64,000 nucleotides of DNA from Lama guanicoe (taxonomy: Eukaryota). The stretch spans positions 1,895,345-1,959,344 of the forward strand of contig MU054400.1 of the NCBI GenBank assembly GCA_013239625.1, read 5' to 3'. Position numbers and translations under genes: made by a program. Positions within the stretch are counted from its first letter, which is position 1. Every line of letters begins with the position of its first letter. The notes below the pieces were generated by a model. It worked only from the letters and a program-made list of their open reading frames with translations. It ran no database searches and was not told the origin of the DNA. Positions 52,355 through 64,000 of the stretch are shown one piece after another.

Positions 52355-52672
52355 AAATGAAACCAGTATCATGAACAGATACCTGTACCCCATGTTCATT
52401 GCTGCACTATTCACAATAGCCAAGACATGGAAGCAAACCAAGTGTCCACTGATAGATGAATGGATAAAGATGTGGTGTGTAAATATATAATGGAATATTA
52501 TTCATTGGTAAAAAAGAAGGAAACCCCATCATTTGCAACAACATGGATGAACCTTGAGGGCACGATGCTAAGTGAAATAAGTGGACAGAGAAAGGCAAAT
52601 ACCCTATCATCTCACGTATATGTGGAATCTAAAAAGGCAGAACTCATGGAAACAGAGAGTAGATTGGTGGTA
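52355..52672 (+). mobile_element. L1MA/MB 3' fragment
   Basis: CCCATGTTCATTGCTGCACTATTCACAATAGCCAAGACATGGAA. Confidence 0.85.
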
Positions 52673-53028
52673 AATTAAAAAAAAATTAAGGTAAGTCATC
52701 TCTATCTCTCATAGAGTTTTCTTCTTTGCTCTAACCCTAGTGCTTAAACATAAGGCAGGCCCAATGCATGTTTGCTGAATGACTGAGCCAATCAAAAGTC
52801 AATGCAATTAGCTAAAAAGGTTGCAGAGTTAATGTATTCTTTGGACTCTAACAACATGCAGAAAGCTAGAGACAGCAAAATATGAGTTTGGAAGAGAGAA
52901 GAGTGGAGAATAGGGGTTGGCTTCTCTCTAGCACTTTATAACTTAAAACTCAAAGCTTTATAATCATCAGTCAATTAATTATTAGGCACGCTATTGGGAG
53001 AGACGACAAATAAAGAATTGAACAGCTT

Positions 53029-53110
53029 GGGGAGAGTATAGCTCAGTGGTAGAGTGAGTGCTTAGCATGCATGTGGTCCTGGGTTCAACCCCCGGAACCT
53101 CCAATAACAA

Positions 53111-53149
<39 letters not shown>

Positions 53150-53172
53150 CACCTAATTACCTCCCCTTTCCA
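53029..53172 (+). mobile_element. Camelid tRNA-Ala-derived SINE (Vic-1-like) with an internal (AAT)n array
   Basis: A-box TAGCTCAGTGG, CTTAGCATG anticodon-loop relic, B-box GGTTCAACCC and CCTAATTACCTCCCC. TSD AAAGAATTGAACAGCT (53012-53027) / AAAGAATTAAACAACT (53173-53188). Confidence 0.92.
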
Positions 53173-54264
53173 AAAGAATTAAACAACTGAAATTTTCTAC
53201 CTAGAATTGTGAGCTCTACTTTTAATTGATTTGCGCAATACGTGTGAAATATATTATGTCCAGATCAAAGTTGTCAAACACAAACTACTCTAGTTTATTT
53301 CGATGTTCATCAAACAGTATTAAAAGACAATAAACAACTGTTTTCTATAATTGCTTTTCTAGTGATCTTATGTGATCCGACTAGAGATTTTCCCTTGGAA
53401 ATTCTACTTAGAAACTGCACTTCTTTACATATCACAGGAATCAGTAACTGTCGGAAGGAGGAAAGATAAATGTTGTAAAGACGAGGCAAGACCCCTTATT
53501 TCACATATAAGGTACCGCATTAATTTTTCAGAGAGCAGAACTACATCCTGAAATTTTTATAAGCGTGGAACGTTCTTTCACGGGAGCACCGTAACGCATT
53601 CTGGTTAGAGAGCTGAGCTACCAAGCTAGTGGCTATAACTTGCAATTTTTTATAGATATAATTACCTACATTTTTTTCTGCAGAAAAATGGCACAAATGT
53701 GTTAGTAATTACATTACACAAGCTAGGCATTTTAATCTGAGCAATAATGTTAGAATATCACAGCAAATACCCATGTTTGCCGCCTCCAGGTGCCGAGGCG
53801 ATTGCTATGTGACAGGCAGCAAAGAGACCACGTCTTCTATTTGCTCTGGGAAGGAATTTCTTATTGTTAGTAGGGCTTCATTTCCACCCCTGCAGCAAGT
53901 GCCCACACTGAGAGATGCATCTGATTAAGTGACTCCATGCACTTGTACTCAAGAGAGGAGAAGGCGAACCAGTTCCAAGTTTAATATGATCCTTTTTTCT
54001 CTGTAATGAAGTGACCTCCTCCTCCCTGCTGCAACTCTAAATGAGGTTCAATTTGAATTAAGCAGCAAAACGTGTTACTTATGGAAGCAACTTCTCCCAA
54101 GTGCCTGAATCATTAACTTGTTTTCTTTATCTATAGGTGGCCTGTTCTGGAAAGTATTTAAGACAGAAAACATAAACTGTTTCTAGGTAGAGACATGGGA
54201 AGGCTCACAAGACTGGGCAAAGTCAGTCAGGGAGAACATACAAACACCTAAGTTCCAGAGGAGA

Positions 54265-54390
54265 TTACATCCCATCAGTAAATATTTGTTGGTAACTACT
54301 ATGTACAAGGCGTTGTGCTAGGAGCTGGGATGCACTGGTGAGAACAGAGAAGGTCCCTGCCCTTGCCTGAGCCTGCATCCTAAAGGTGTA
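54265..54390 (-). mobile_element. L2 3' end
   Basis: CAGTAAATATTTGTTGG...GTGCTAGGAGCTGGGATGCACTGGTGA...AAGGTCCCTGCCCTT. Confidence 0.75.
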
Positions 54391-54539
54391 CCCAGCACCA
54401 GAAATGAAGGCAACGTGCCAGGCTGCCTGGCAAAGCTGGAGAAGAGGATTCTTGGTGTCTGCCTCTAAACCCCTGCATAACCATATCTTATAAGAGAAAA
54501 GAGGCATCTGGTGTGGCTGCTGGCCATAAATGGGTACAC

Positions 54540-54772
54540 TGAGTGAGAGTCAGAAGGAAGCCAGTATGGGCCAATAGAAGGAAGATTTTTTAAATAAACA
54601 GACCTGTCCCAGAATGGAACAGACTGCACCATAAAGCAATGAGCTCCCGATCACGGAGGTTCCAGCAGAGGTGGGAAGACTCATCTGGTACGTCACCTAG
54701 AAGTCGAGTGTGCCAGGTGAAGCCAGATGCACAGGGACCTTGGAGATTACTTCCCACTTTATGATCCAGGAG
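54540..54772 (+). mobile_element. CR1/L3 LINE 3' end
   Basis: GAAGGAAGATTTTTTAA...AGAATGGAACAGACTGC...ATGAGCTCCCGATCACGGAGGTTCCAGCAGAGG resembles the L3 ORF2 end as recalled. Confidence 0.6.
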
Positions 54773-55079
54773 ACTTCAGAGTGCCTTGAACACCTCAGCC
54801 CTCATAATTCTAGCTTTAATAATCATATAATGGTATACTAGGCCACCATTTCCTTGGCTCCCTGCCATTCAGAGTCAGAGACATTCAACAGTGATATCTG
54901 GTCGCTGTGCTGAGCTCCGGGGTATTGGGTGGCTTCAAAATGCCGACCACTTCTCTAAAAAAGAAGGCACTTAGGTCCTGGAAATAAAAGCACAGCATAG
55001 TAATTGCCAAGGTACAGCAGTCATGAGGGCGAAGGCAGGTCTGCAAACACTATTGATATCGGAAGCAAAAGAATCTGAC

Positions 55080-55670
55080 AGGGTAGGCAGAATTCCCCAA
55101 ATGGCCCTAATGATGTCTTGCCCTAGTCTCCGGAACCCATCACCATGATGAGAGCGTGCTCCCATGCTTAGCTGTGCCACATGGCCCAGCTGACCTTCAG
55201 TAGGGAGAGGACCTTGGGTTATCCAGGTGGGCCAAATATAATCACATGAGTCCCCAAAGCAGACAGCTTTCTCCAGCTGGTGGCAGAAGGGAAGTCAGAG
55301 TTGGAGCATGAGAAGGATGTACCCCTGTGGATTGAAGACGGAGGGAGGCCACATGGCAAGGAATGGGGGTGACCTCTAGAAGCTGAGAGCAGCTCCCAGC
55401 CAAGAAAATGGGGTCTTAAGTTCTGCAACCACAAAGAACGGGATTCAACTACCAACCTGAATGACCTTGGAAACAGGTTTTTCCCTGAACCTCCAGATAA
55501 AAGCCCAACCTAGCTGAACCCTGACAGCGGCTTTGTGATTCCCTGAGCACAGAACCCAACTGAGCCTGCCACACTTCCAGCCCACAGAGCTAATTAAATG
55601 GGTGTTTTTGTGTTTTTTTTTAAGGCGCTTGGTGTGTGGGCATCTGTTATGCAGCAACAGATAATCAGTA
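55080..55670 (+). mobile_element. MaLR LTR (MLT1E-like)
   Basis: GGTAGGCAGAATTC, GACCTCTAGAAGCTGAGAGCAGC, and the end TCTGTTATGCAGCAACAGATAATCAGTACA. Confidence 0.85.
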
Positions 55671-55847
55671 CAAAATCCAAATGGTAAAGACGAAGCAGTG
55701 TAAACCGGACATAAGGGTGGGAATGGCCAACACTCAAGGGCCACGCCTCCACCATCTAAGTGGACCAAGGGAGTCCGGATCCAGAGAAGTGTGAGGAAAG
55801 CAGCACCCGAGATGACATGGTTGAAATCAGGGACAGAAAAGGCACAG

Positions 55848-56670
55848 CTCCACCTCACACCTGCAAGAATGGCCATCATCAAGAAGACAAGAGTGCACAT
55901 GGCAGAAAGGGAATGACTGCTGCAGGGAATGCGAACTGGTGCAGCCAAAATGGAGAGCAGTTTGGAGGTTCCTCAAAAAACTAGAACTAGAACTAACATA
56001 AGATCCAGTGGTCACAATTCTGGGTACTTTTTCAAAGGAAATGAAAACAGGATATTGAAAAGATATCCGCACTCCCATGTTCATTGCACCATTGTTCACA
56101 AAAGCCAAGATATGGAAACAAGTGTTTGTCAATCAACGAACGGATAACGGTGTGGTTTATACGTACAACGGCCATAAGAAAGAAGGAAATCCTGCCATTT
56201 GCAACAATGGGGATGGATCTTGAGGGCGTTATGCTAAGTGAGATAAGCCAGACAGAGGGAGATAAACACTGCATGATGTCACTTACATGTGGGGTCTAAA
56301 AAAGCTGAACTGGTAGAAACAGAGTGTAGAGTGGTGGTTACCAGGGACTGTGGAAAGGAGGAACCGGAGAGATGTTTAGGGTACAAACTTGCAACTAGAA
56401 GATGAATAAGTCCTAGAGCTCTAATACACAGCAGAGTGATTATAGTCAACAATATAGCACTACATGCTTCAAAACTGCTGAAAGACTAGATCGTAAATGT
56501 TCTTAGCACAAAAAAGAAATGATAATTAGGTGACATGGTAGAGGTGCGACGTGCTAGAGGTTAAAGCTACAGTGGTCATGAAATGGCAGTGTATAAATGT
56601 ATCAAATCGACACCTTGTACACTTGGAACTGATGCAATGCTACATGTAAATTATATCTCAAGTAAAAGAG
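55848..56670 (+). mobile_element. L1 3' end (L1MA9-like)
   Basis: CACCTCACACCTGCAAGAATGGCCATCATCAA...TACATGTAAATTATATCTCAA. Confidence 0.88.
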
Positions 56671-56932
56671 AAAAAAGGGAGGGAGGAAGGGAGAAAAGAA
56701 AGAAGGAAAAATAGGCCAATTCATCTGGACAAGAAGAGAAAGGGGGACTATGGCTTGAGGAGGTCCCGTGGAATTGATGCAGGAAAGGCTGCTCTGAAGC
56801 TGGTGACCATGGGGTGCGGGGGTGGAGGAGGAGGATATACTCAGGGTCCTGCTGTAATTTCAGGGGTGCACTGAGTGCTGCTGATACCCAGAGGCTAGCC
56901 GACCTCGCTGGGGTCTGTGCCCCGTAGTGCAC

Positions 56933-57029
56933 CCCAAGATCCTCTCGCAGTGCCTTGCACAGTAAATATTTGAGGAATGAATGAATGAGTGAGTGAGTGA
57001 GTGTCAGGAAGTCTTCCAGGAGATGCTGG
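56933..57029 (+). repeat. Duplicate copy of 57821-57912 (L2 tail plus unique flank)
   Basis: Shared CGCAGTGCCTTGCACAGTAAAT.TTTGAGGAATGAATGAATGA and CAGGAAGTCT.CCAGGAGATGCTGG. Confidence 0.9.
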
Positions 57030-57214
57030 AGAGGAGGAAGAGGGACCTAGGGAGTAGGTTCAGGGACCAAGGGAAGCCCTTGCCAGCTCCCTCTCCAAGT
57101 CCAGGCCATCATTTATATCCCCAGCTTGAAACTCACACAAAGTAGAGCACCACGTTCCGGACCATTGGACACTCTGGCAGCCTTGGCATTCCAAATATCC
57201 TCACCACAGGAGGG

Positions 57215-57885
57215 GACATCTCTCACCTGGAAGAGCGCGCTAGCCTCCCGATGGGTCTCCCTGCTGTCTACCTAGTAGTTCCCCTAGGACCTGCTCTCAG
57301 CACAGCGACTGAGCGATCCTCTTAAAACCCCCGGCTCTGACCATGCCACCCTCGGGCAAAAGCTTCCAATGGCTTCCAGGTGCCTCCGGTGACTTAGAAG
57401 GCCCTTGGGCTGGGCCCACTTCCACCTCTTTGGGCTTCTCTCCTGGCCCTCTCCCCTCGCTTCTCTACCCACTCCTGGTCCTGAAACACACCACACTCCC
57501 TTCTGCTTCAAGACCTTTGAAGCTCTTCTGTTTTCCTGGGATGTTCTTCTCCCAAGTATCTGGGTATCTCCCTCACTTCCTTCAGGCTTCTGTGCAGCCA
57601 CCACCTTATCAGAGAGACCGTCCCAGCCACCCTAGAAAGGACGCTGCCTCATCCCTATTCTACTTGGCTTTCTCATCCCCCTGACCCAACTTAACTAATC
57701 TACAGAGAATTCATCAACATCGGTCAGAGTTTTTATCTGCATGAGTGTTTGCTTACTGTCAGCCTCTCCCCACTGAAATAGAAGCCCCAAGAGCTCATAC
57801 TCGCTTGTTCACTGCTGCTTCCCAAGGTCCTCTTCGCAGTGCCTTGCACAGTAAATGTTTGAGGAATGAATGAATGAATGAGTGG
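57215..57885 (+). mobile_element. L2a-like 3' portion
   Basis: GGGTCTCCCTGCT, CTTCCAATGGCTTCC, TCCTGAAACACACCA and GCTTGTTCACTGCTG, with a (GAAT)n tail. Confidence 0.85.
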
Positions 57886-59024
57886 TGACAGGAAGTCTCC
57901 AGGAGATGCTGGGTGGTCAGATTGGGTCTGCTAGAGTCAGACAACAAGAAACGTTGGGTTCAGGAGACCCCAATACTGTGGGATGTCACAGTGGCTGTAG
58001 AAATTTCAAAGACATACTTCCCTTATTCATTCTCTGAGCAAACATTTTCCACACATCTGCTCTGTGCCTGGTGTCTCTGTCGTGAGAATTTCTTCTACAC
58101 AGGAGGAGGGCACCCTCCATACAATAATGCACCATGAAAGGGATATTTTACAATAATACTCATAGCAGTGATGGAACAGTCTAGAAATATCCATGCTACT
58201 GGGAAATTCTGTAAAATACAGCCTACATCTATGAACAGATGAGAACACTCAGAACTGCTAATTTGGAAGGCTGCTTTCTCTCTTGCGTATTCCAGCCTAC
58301 CTATTTCCTCAGTTTACCTATTTGTGTGCCTTCTTGGGCTCCTCAATTTAAAGAGTCCACAGGGAGGAACCTCCCCCTCCAGTCAAGTCAGAAAGTGCCC
58401 AAGAAGGACAGAGGCTGCAGCAGCCCCAGCTGGTGACCCGGGAGTGTTCTAAGATAGCCAAGTGCTGAGGTCACCAGATGGCTGGCCAGGGCATGTTGTG
58501 TGCTAAGGGGACTTAGATGGGAGGCGGGTGTCCCAGCTGAGCAGAAGGGCAACAGGAACGCTGGCCCAAGAGAGCCCGGGGGAACAGGAGAGCCACCAAG
58601 GTCCTCCTAAGAGTGATCAGATTTCCACCTCATGACTCTCCAGCTGCAAAGCGCACCTGGTCTGCGTGTTCAGCACAAGACCCACGTTTTCAGAAAGGTC
58701 AGCTTCAAAATCATCAGAAAGTGATCTGCTCGTGGTGCTGCCTGAACACCTTATGAAGAATATTCACAAACTCCATCCTCTCCTCTCTAGACAGAGTCGA
58801 CCTTGAGCTGCCTAAATTGTTACGTTCGTTCCAAGGATGTGGGAAGAAAGTGCTGTGGCTGAAAAACTTCCATGTTTTTTGAATTCAAAGATTTAGGGGA
58901 CGCAGGTTCTCCATGATCCCACAGACCACGTTTACAGAAGCGCTCGTAGGAGTCCCGGAGGCCCCCCGGAACAAATATCTGCTGAAGGAGTGTCACAGGG
59001 AAAGGTGGTTTCAGCTACAGAAAC

Positions 59025-59392
59025 AATAAAAAGATTGTGGTTTCCAGGGGTTTGGGGGGAGGGAGGGAGGAATGAATAGATGGAGCACAAGGGATTTTTA
59101 GGGCAATGAAATTATTCTGTATGATACTATAGTGGCTAAATGTCATTATGTATTTGTCAAAATCCATAGAATATACATCAAGAGTGAATCCTAATGTAAA
59201 CTATGGACTTTTAATAATGTGCCCATGTTGGTTCATTGATTGTACCAAATATGCCTCACTGATGAGGGATGTTGAGGGTAGGGGAGTATATATGTGTGGG
59301 TGGGGAGGGCTATGTGCAAACTCTCTGTATTTTCTGCTCAACTCTGCTGTGAACCTGAAACTGCTCTAAAAGAATAAAATCTACTAAAAAAA
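59025..59392 (+). mobile_element. L1MC-like 3' end
   Basis: GGATTTTTAGGGCAATGAAATTATTCTGTATGATACT...GAAACTGCTCTAAAAGAATAAAATCT. Confidence 0.88.
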
Positions 59393-59799
59393 AAGTGTGT
59401 GAAAAACACAAGAGAAAATGTATTAATTACACTAATTATCATCTGTTCCTCACTGCTAAAATGTAATCTCCATGAAGGTGGGGATCTTTGTTTTGTCACT
59501 GATGTATCCCAAGTGACCAAACAACGTGTGGCATGGCGGGGGAAGGTGGCTTGTCAACTTGAGCGAACTGCACCAACTCCATGAACGTCGGCCGCACAGC
59601 TAAGCCCATGACAGCTGTGGTGCTGGCCACCCCAGACATCATGAGCTACAGCAGAACACCCACGCCATCCCCAGACAGTCTGTGAAGCCTCCAGGCCAGT
59701 CCTGTTCTCAGACATCTGCAACTGTTTTCCAAAAATTCCAAAAGCCCCTAAATATTTCTCTGGTCCTGTGTACTTGAGAGTTTTGCTTTTTTTTTTATT

Positions 59800-60320
59800 A
59801 ACCTAAATGTCCATCGTCAGACAACTGGATGAAGAAGTTGTGGTATATATACACAATGGAATATTACTCAGCCATAAAAAGGAAAGATGTCATTTGCAGC
59901 AACATGGATGGACCTAGACATCATCATACTAAGTGAAGTAAGCCAGAAAAAGAAAGAAAAATACCATATGATATCACTTAAATGTGGAATCTTAAAAAAA
60001 AAAGACACAAATGAACTTATTTACAAAACAAAGACAGACTCACAGACATAGAAAATAAACTTACAGTTACAGGGGGGAAGGGGATGGGAAAGGATAAATT
60101 GAGAGTTCCAGATTTGGATATACTAAGTACTATATATAAAATAAATAAACACAGACCTACTGTATAGCACAGGGAACTATATTCAGTACCTTATAATGGC
60201 TTATAATGAAAGAGAATATGAAAAGGAATATATATATATGTATAAATGAATCACTATGTTGTACAACAGAAATTAACACAACATTGTAAATCCACTATAC
60301 TTCAATAAAAAAAATTTTTA
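59800..60320 (+). mobile_element. 5'-truncated artiodactyl/camelid L1 3'UTR (same family as 37499-37901)
   Basis: Colinear with the 37.5-kb copy. Flanked by AGAGTTTTG-Tn-AT at 59777 and 60321 (probable TSD). Confidence 0.9.
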
Positions 60321-60359
60321 AGAGTTTTGTTTTTTTATGTTAAAGCTAACAAAGCAGAT

Positions 60360-60812
60360 TGTAATGGTCCAAACTGGAAAAAATCTAAATGTCCATCAAC
60401 AGTAGAAAAACAATGGAATAATATCACCTTCATATAATTGACTTCCATAAGCTAGTGACAATTAAAGAATTATAACCACAAGCAACAGGGATGAATCTCA
60501 AAAACATACATTAAGCCCAATGAGTCAGATGCAAGAAGGCAACAGAGAGCGTACCACCTATGTCTCTGATGAAAAGTTATATGAAGTTCAACAAGGGACA
60601 CAGCAAACTTGTGGTGTCAGAGGCCAGGATGGCCGTGGCCCTGCAGGGAACAGTGCCCAAGAGAAGGCATGGGGAGGGCACCAGTCATGTTGTGTTTCTG
60701 GATCTGGGTGTTATCACCCCAAAGGGTTCACTTTATAAAAGTGTGACATGCTATATGCTTAGAATTTTGCATACATTTCTGCATGCATGTCATACTTCAA
60801 TTGTTAAAAAAA
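60360..60812 (+). mobile_element. Old L1ME-like 3' fragment
   Basis: CCAAACTGGAAAAAATCTAAATGTCCATCAACAGTAGAA, GATGAATCTCAAAAACAT and ATACTTCAAT. Confidence 0.7.
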
Positions 60813-61087
60813 GCAGTTCATAGAGTCCCCTTTTGCATATTCTTAGTAAACATGCATTGAGTTTACCTTGGCCTACAAACCCCTATAGGATTGGCCCCAG
60901 CATCTCTCCCACCGTGTCTTCTACTACTCTCCCACTTGTTCACTCAGCTCTTACCGTTCTCTCAAGCCAGCCACAAACCCACCTCAGGGCCTTTGCACTG
61001 GTTGTTGTTTCTGCTTGGAATGCTCTCCGCAAAGATATCCATCTACAGGGCCTGATTTCTCACCTCCTTCACATTTTTATTCTAGTG

Positions 61088-61270
61088 CAGAGATTGACAA
61101 ACTGCAGCCCAAGGCCAAACTTGCTCTTCTGCCTACTTATGTAAATGAAGCTTTACATGAGCCATGCACATTTCTTTATGTAATGTATAAGGCTGCTTTT
61201 TCACTAAAAAGTTGTTGAGCAGTTGGCCAGCAAAGTCTAGCCCTCTACAGAAAATGTCTGTCATCCCCAG
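61088..61270. mobile_element. MER58A-like hAT MITE inside L2
   Basis: CAGAGATTGACAAACTGCAGCCCAAGGCCAAA...CCCTCTACAGAAAATGTCTGTCATCCCC. Confidence 0.75.
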
Positions 61271-61327
61271 CTCTGATGCCACCTTCCCAGGGAAGTCTTC
61301 CTTGACCTCATTTATAACTGGAATCCA

Positions 61328-63655
61328 CCAGATGTGGAGGAAAGGGAACCCTGGTCCATGGTGGGTGGTGATGTAAATTGGTGCATGCACTATGGAAAAC
61401 AGTATGGAAGATCCTTTAAAAATTAAAAACAGAACTACCATATAATCCAGAAATACCACTTCTGGGTGTTTATCCAAAGGAAACAAAATCACTACTTTGA
61501 AAAAATATCTGCACCCCCATGTTCACTGCAGCATTATTTACAACAGCCAAGACGTGGAAACAACCAGAGGGTCCATCAACAGATGACTGGATACAAAAAG
61601 TGTGGTTTACTATCTTAGGAGGCAAAAGATCAGTACTGTGAAAACTATAAGACACTGATAAAAGAAACAGAAGATGACACAAATGGATGGAAAGATAGAC
61701 CATCTTCCTGGATTGGAAGTATCAGTATTGCTAAAATGACCATAAAAGGCAAGCTACAGGCAATCTATTCCTATCCAAATACCAATGGCATTTTTCACAG
61801 AAGTAGAACAAATAATTCTAAAATTTGTATGGAAACACAAAAGACCCTGAAGGGCCAAACAATCTTGAGAAAGAAGAACAGAGCTGGAGGACTCATGCTC
61901 CCTGACTTCAGACTATACTACAAAGCTACAGTAATCAAGACAGTATGGTACTGACACAAAAACAGACACACAGATCAGTGGAACAGGATAGACAGCCCAG
62001 ACATAAACCAATGCATTTATGGTCAACTAATCTACAACAAAGAAGGCAAGAATATACTGTGGAGAAAAGACAGTCTCTTCAATAAGTCGTGCTGGGAAAA
62101 CTGAACAGAATGTAAAAGAATGAAATTAGAACATTCTCTAACATCATATACAAAATAAACTCAAAATGGATTAAAGACCTAAAGGTAATATTGGATACCA
62201 TAAAACTTTCATAGGAAAACAGAGAACACTCTTGGACATAACTGCAGCAGTATTATTTTTTTTTTTTAGATTTGTGTCCTAAAGCAAAGGAAATTAAAGT
62301 AAAAATAAACAAACAGGACCTAGTTAGATTTAAAAGCTTTTGCACTAAAGGAAACCACTGACAAAACAAAAAGACAACCTACTGAATGGGAAAAAAATAT
62401 TTGCAAATGATATGACTAATAAGGGGTTAATATCCAACATATATAATCAGCTCATACAACTCAATATCAAAAAAACAAACGACCTGATTTTTTTAATGGG
62501 CAGAAGAACTGAAAAGACATTTTTCCAAAGATGCAGATGGCCAACAGGCACATGAAAAGATGCTGAACATCACTAATCATCAGGCAAATCAGAACCACAA
62601 TGAGTTATTACCTCACACCTGTCAGAATGGCTATTGTCAAAAAGAATATAAACAGCAGATGTTGGTGAGGATGTGGAGAAAAGGGAACCTTCCTGCACTG
62701 TTGGTGGGAATGTAAACTGATGCAGCCACTGAAGAAAACAGTATGGAGGTTTCTCAAAAAACTGAAAATGGAACTACCATAGGACCCAGAAATTCCACTC
62801 CTGGGTATATATCTGAAAAAAAAACAGTAATTTGAAAAGATACATGCACCTCAATATTCCTAGCAGCATTATTTGCAATAGCCAAGATAGGGAAGCAACC
62901 TAAGTGTCCATCAGCAGATGAATGGATAAAGAAGATGCAGTATATATATAATGAAATACTACTCAGCCATAAAAAAGAATGAAATTTTGCCATTTGCAGC
63001 AAAATGGATGGACTTGGAGAGCCTTGTGCTAGGTGAAATACGTCAGACAGAGAAAGACAAATACTGTATGATAATCACTTACATGTGGAATCTAAAAAAT
63101 ACAAGAAACTTGTGAATACAACAGAAAAGAAGCAGATTCACAGATAAAGAGAACAAACTAGTGGTTACCAGTGGGGAGAAGGAGAGGGTAGGGGCAATAT
63201 GGGGGTAGGGGAAGGGGAGGTACAAACTACTGGATATATTGTACAACATGGGCAATACAGCCAATATTCTGTAATAACTCTAAGTGGAAAGTAACCTTTA
63301 AACTTTGTATAAACATTTTTTTAAAGGTGTGGTTTATATATACAATGGAATAGTACTCAGCCATGAGAAAGAAGGAAATCCTGCCATTTGCAACAACATG
63401 GTTGGACCTTGAGGGCATTATGCTGAGTGAAACAAATCAGACAGAAAATGACAAATACTGCACCATTTCACTTGTGTGAGGAATCTGAAAAACAAAAAGC
63501 AAAAACCCGAACTCACAGATAGAGGGAACAGATCAGTGGTTGCCAGAGGCAAGGGGTGGGTGGGGTGGGGTACAAATTGGGTGAAGGGGGTTGAAAGGTA
63601 CATGCTTCCACTTATAAATAGGTCCTGGGGATGTAATGTACAGCACAATATTAAA
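61328..63655 (+). mobile_element. Older L1 3' end interrupted by a younger L1 (pieces 61328-61609 and 63323-63655)
   Basis: The sequence breaks at GGATACAAAAAGTGTGGTTTA and resumes in register at AAAGGTGTGGTTTATATATACAATGGAATAGTACTCAGCC. Confidence 0.85.
61610..63322 (+). mobile_element. Nested 1.7-kb 5'-truncated L1 (decayed ORF2 3' part plus 3'UTR)
   Basis: ORF 61736-61954 ends [31 protein letters not shown], a typical L1 ORF2p segment, with frameshifts and stops around it. TSD AAAAGTGTGGTTTA (61596-61609) / AAAGGTGTGGTTTA (63323-63336). Confidence 0.92.
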
Positions 63656-64000
63656 AGGTTTTTCTTTAATGGAATTCGTCCCCACTCCCTTCCCCTCTCC
63701 ACTTTACCCCACCTCCCTACGTTTTATCCAATATTTTACTTCTTGTTGTTTTCTGTTTTAATTTTTCAGCCTCCCCTCAGGAGAATGTAAAAGAGATGAG
63801 AGCAGAAATTTCTATGTGTTTTTTTCTCTAGTTGTACCCCTAGCATCTCAAACACCTCCTAACACAGAGTTAAAGTCTATAAATACGTGTGAAATCAATG
63901 AAAAAATCAAACTCAAAAAAAAGAAAAAATCAAACAATATGACAGGTACTACCCTGACCATTTTTATCATCTTTAGCTCATTTACATTCTTTGCCTCATT

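Larger units (their letters stand above)
60855..63902 (+). mobile_element. L2 element split into three pieces (~60855-61080, ~61272-61325, ~63665-63902)
   Basis: CACCTCAGGGCCTTTGCACTGGTTGTTGTTTCTGCTTGGAATGCTCT, then CACCTTCCCAGGGAAGTCTTCCTTGACC, then the 3' end TTGTACCCCTAGCATC...ATAAATACGTGTGAAATCAATGAA, in consensus order. Confidence 0.65.

Noticed and set aside
53029..53103. tRNA-Ala(AGC)-like sequence
   Set aside because: It is the head of a SINE: it is followed by an (AAT)n array and the SINE 3' motif, flanked by a TSD, and has a second copy at 28.8 kb.
61736..61954. L1 ORF2-like ORF as a functional or domesticated gene
   Set aside because: It is a short piece of a 5'-truncated L1 with frameshifts and a stop replacing the conserved W codon.
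173..63790. The many 60-170 aa ORFs in the six-frame track
   Set aside because: None resembles a protein family I recognise other than L1. Many lie inside LTR, L1 or MIR relics or simple repeats, and their lengths are consistent with chance.
63950..64000. Minus-strand open frame NEAKNVNELKMIKMVR at the window edge
   Set aside because: Only ~50 nt are visible, the donors are weak (GTAGTA or GTCAGG) and I do not recognise the peptide. It needs the next window.

Overview
Mammalian, repeat-rich, non-coding DNA, most likely from a camelid (alpaca/llama/camel). Two copies of a tRNA-Ala-derived SINE with the CTAATTACCTCCC 3' motif are present, and I see no Alu, B1/B2, Bov-A/BovB, PRE-1 or SINEC elements. 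I can support no protein-coding exon or RNA gene. The ORF track is chance ORFs plus decayed LINE-1 pieces. A large share of the window is transposon relics: MIR, L2, CR1/L3, many 5'-truncated L1s, MaLR and MER21 LTRs, three ERV1 solo LTRs and hAT elements. Almost all L1s lie on the + strand, which suggests an intron of a long minus-strand gene that I cannot name. The best leads are: (1) two MER41-like solo LTRs, one with a canonical GAS site and one with an N4 (STAT6-type) variant at the homologous position; (2) a well-formed 86-nt minus-strand candidate non-coding exon at 23077-23162; (3) a ~95-bp local duplication of an L2 tail plus unique flank; (4) nested insertions with readable target-site duplications (TSDs). 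I found no evidence of a novel multi-gene system. Family names come from recalled consensus similarity, not a database search. Boundaries without a TSD are approximate.
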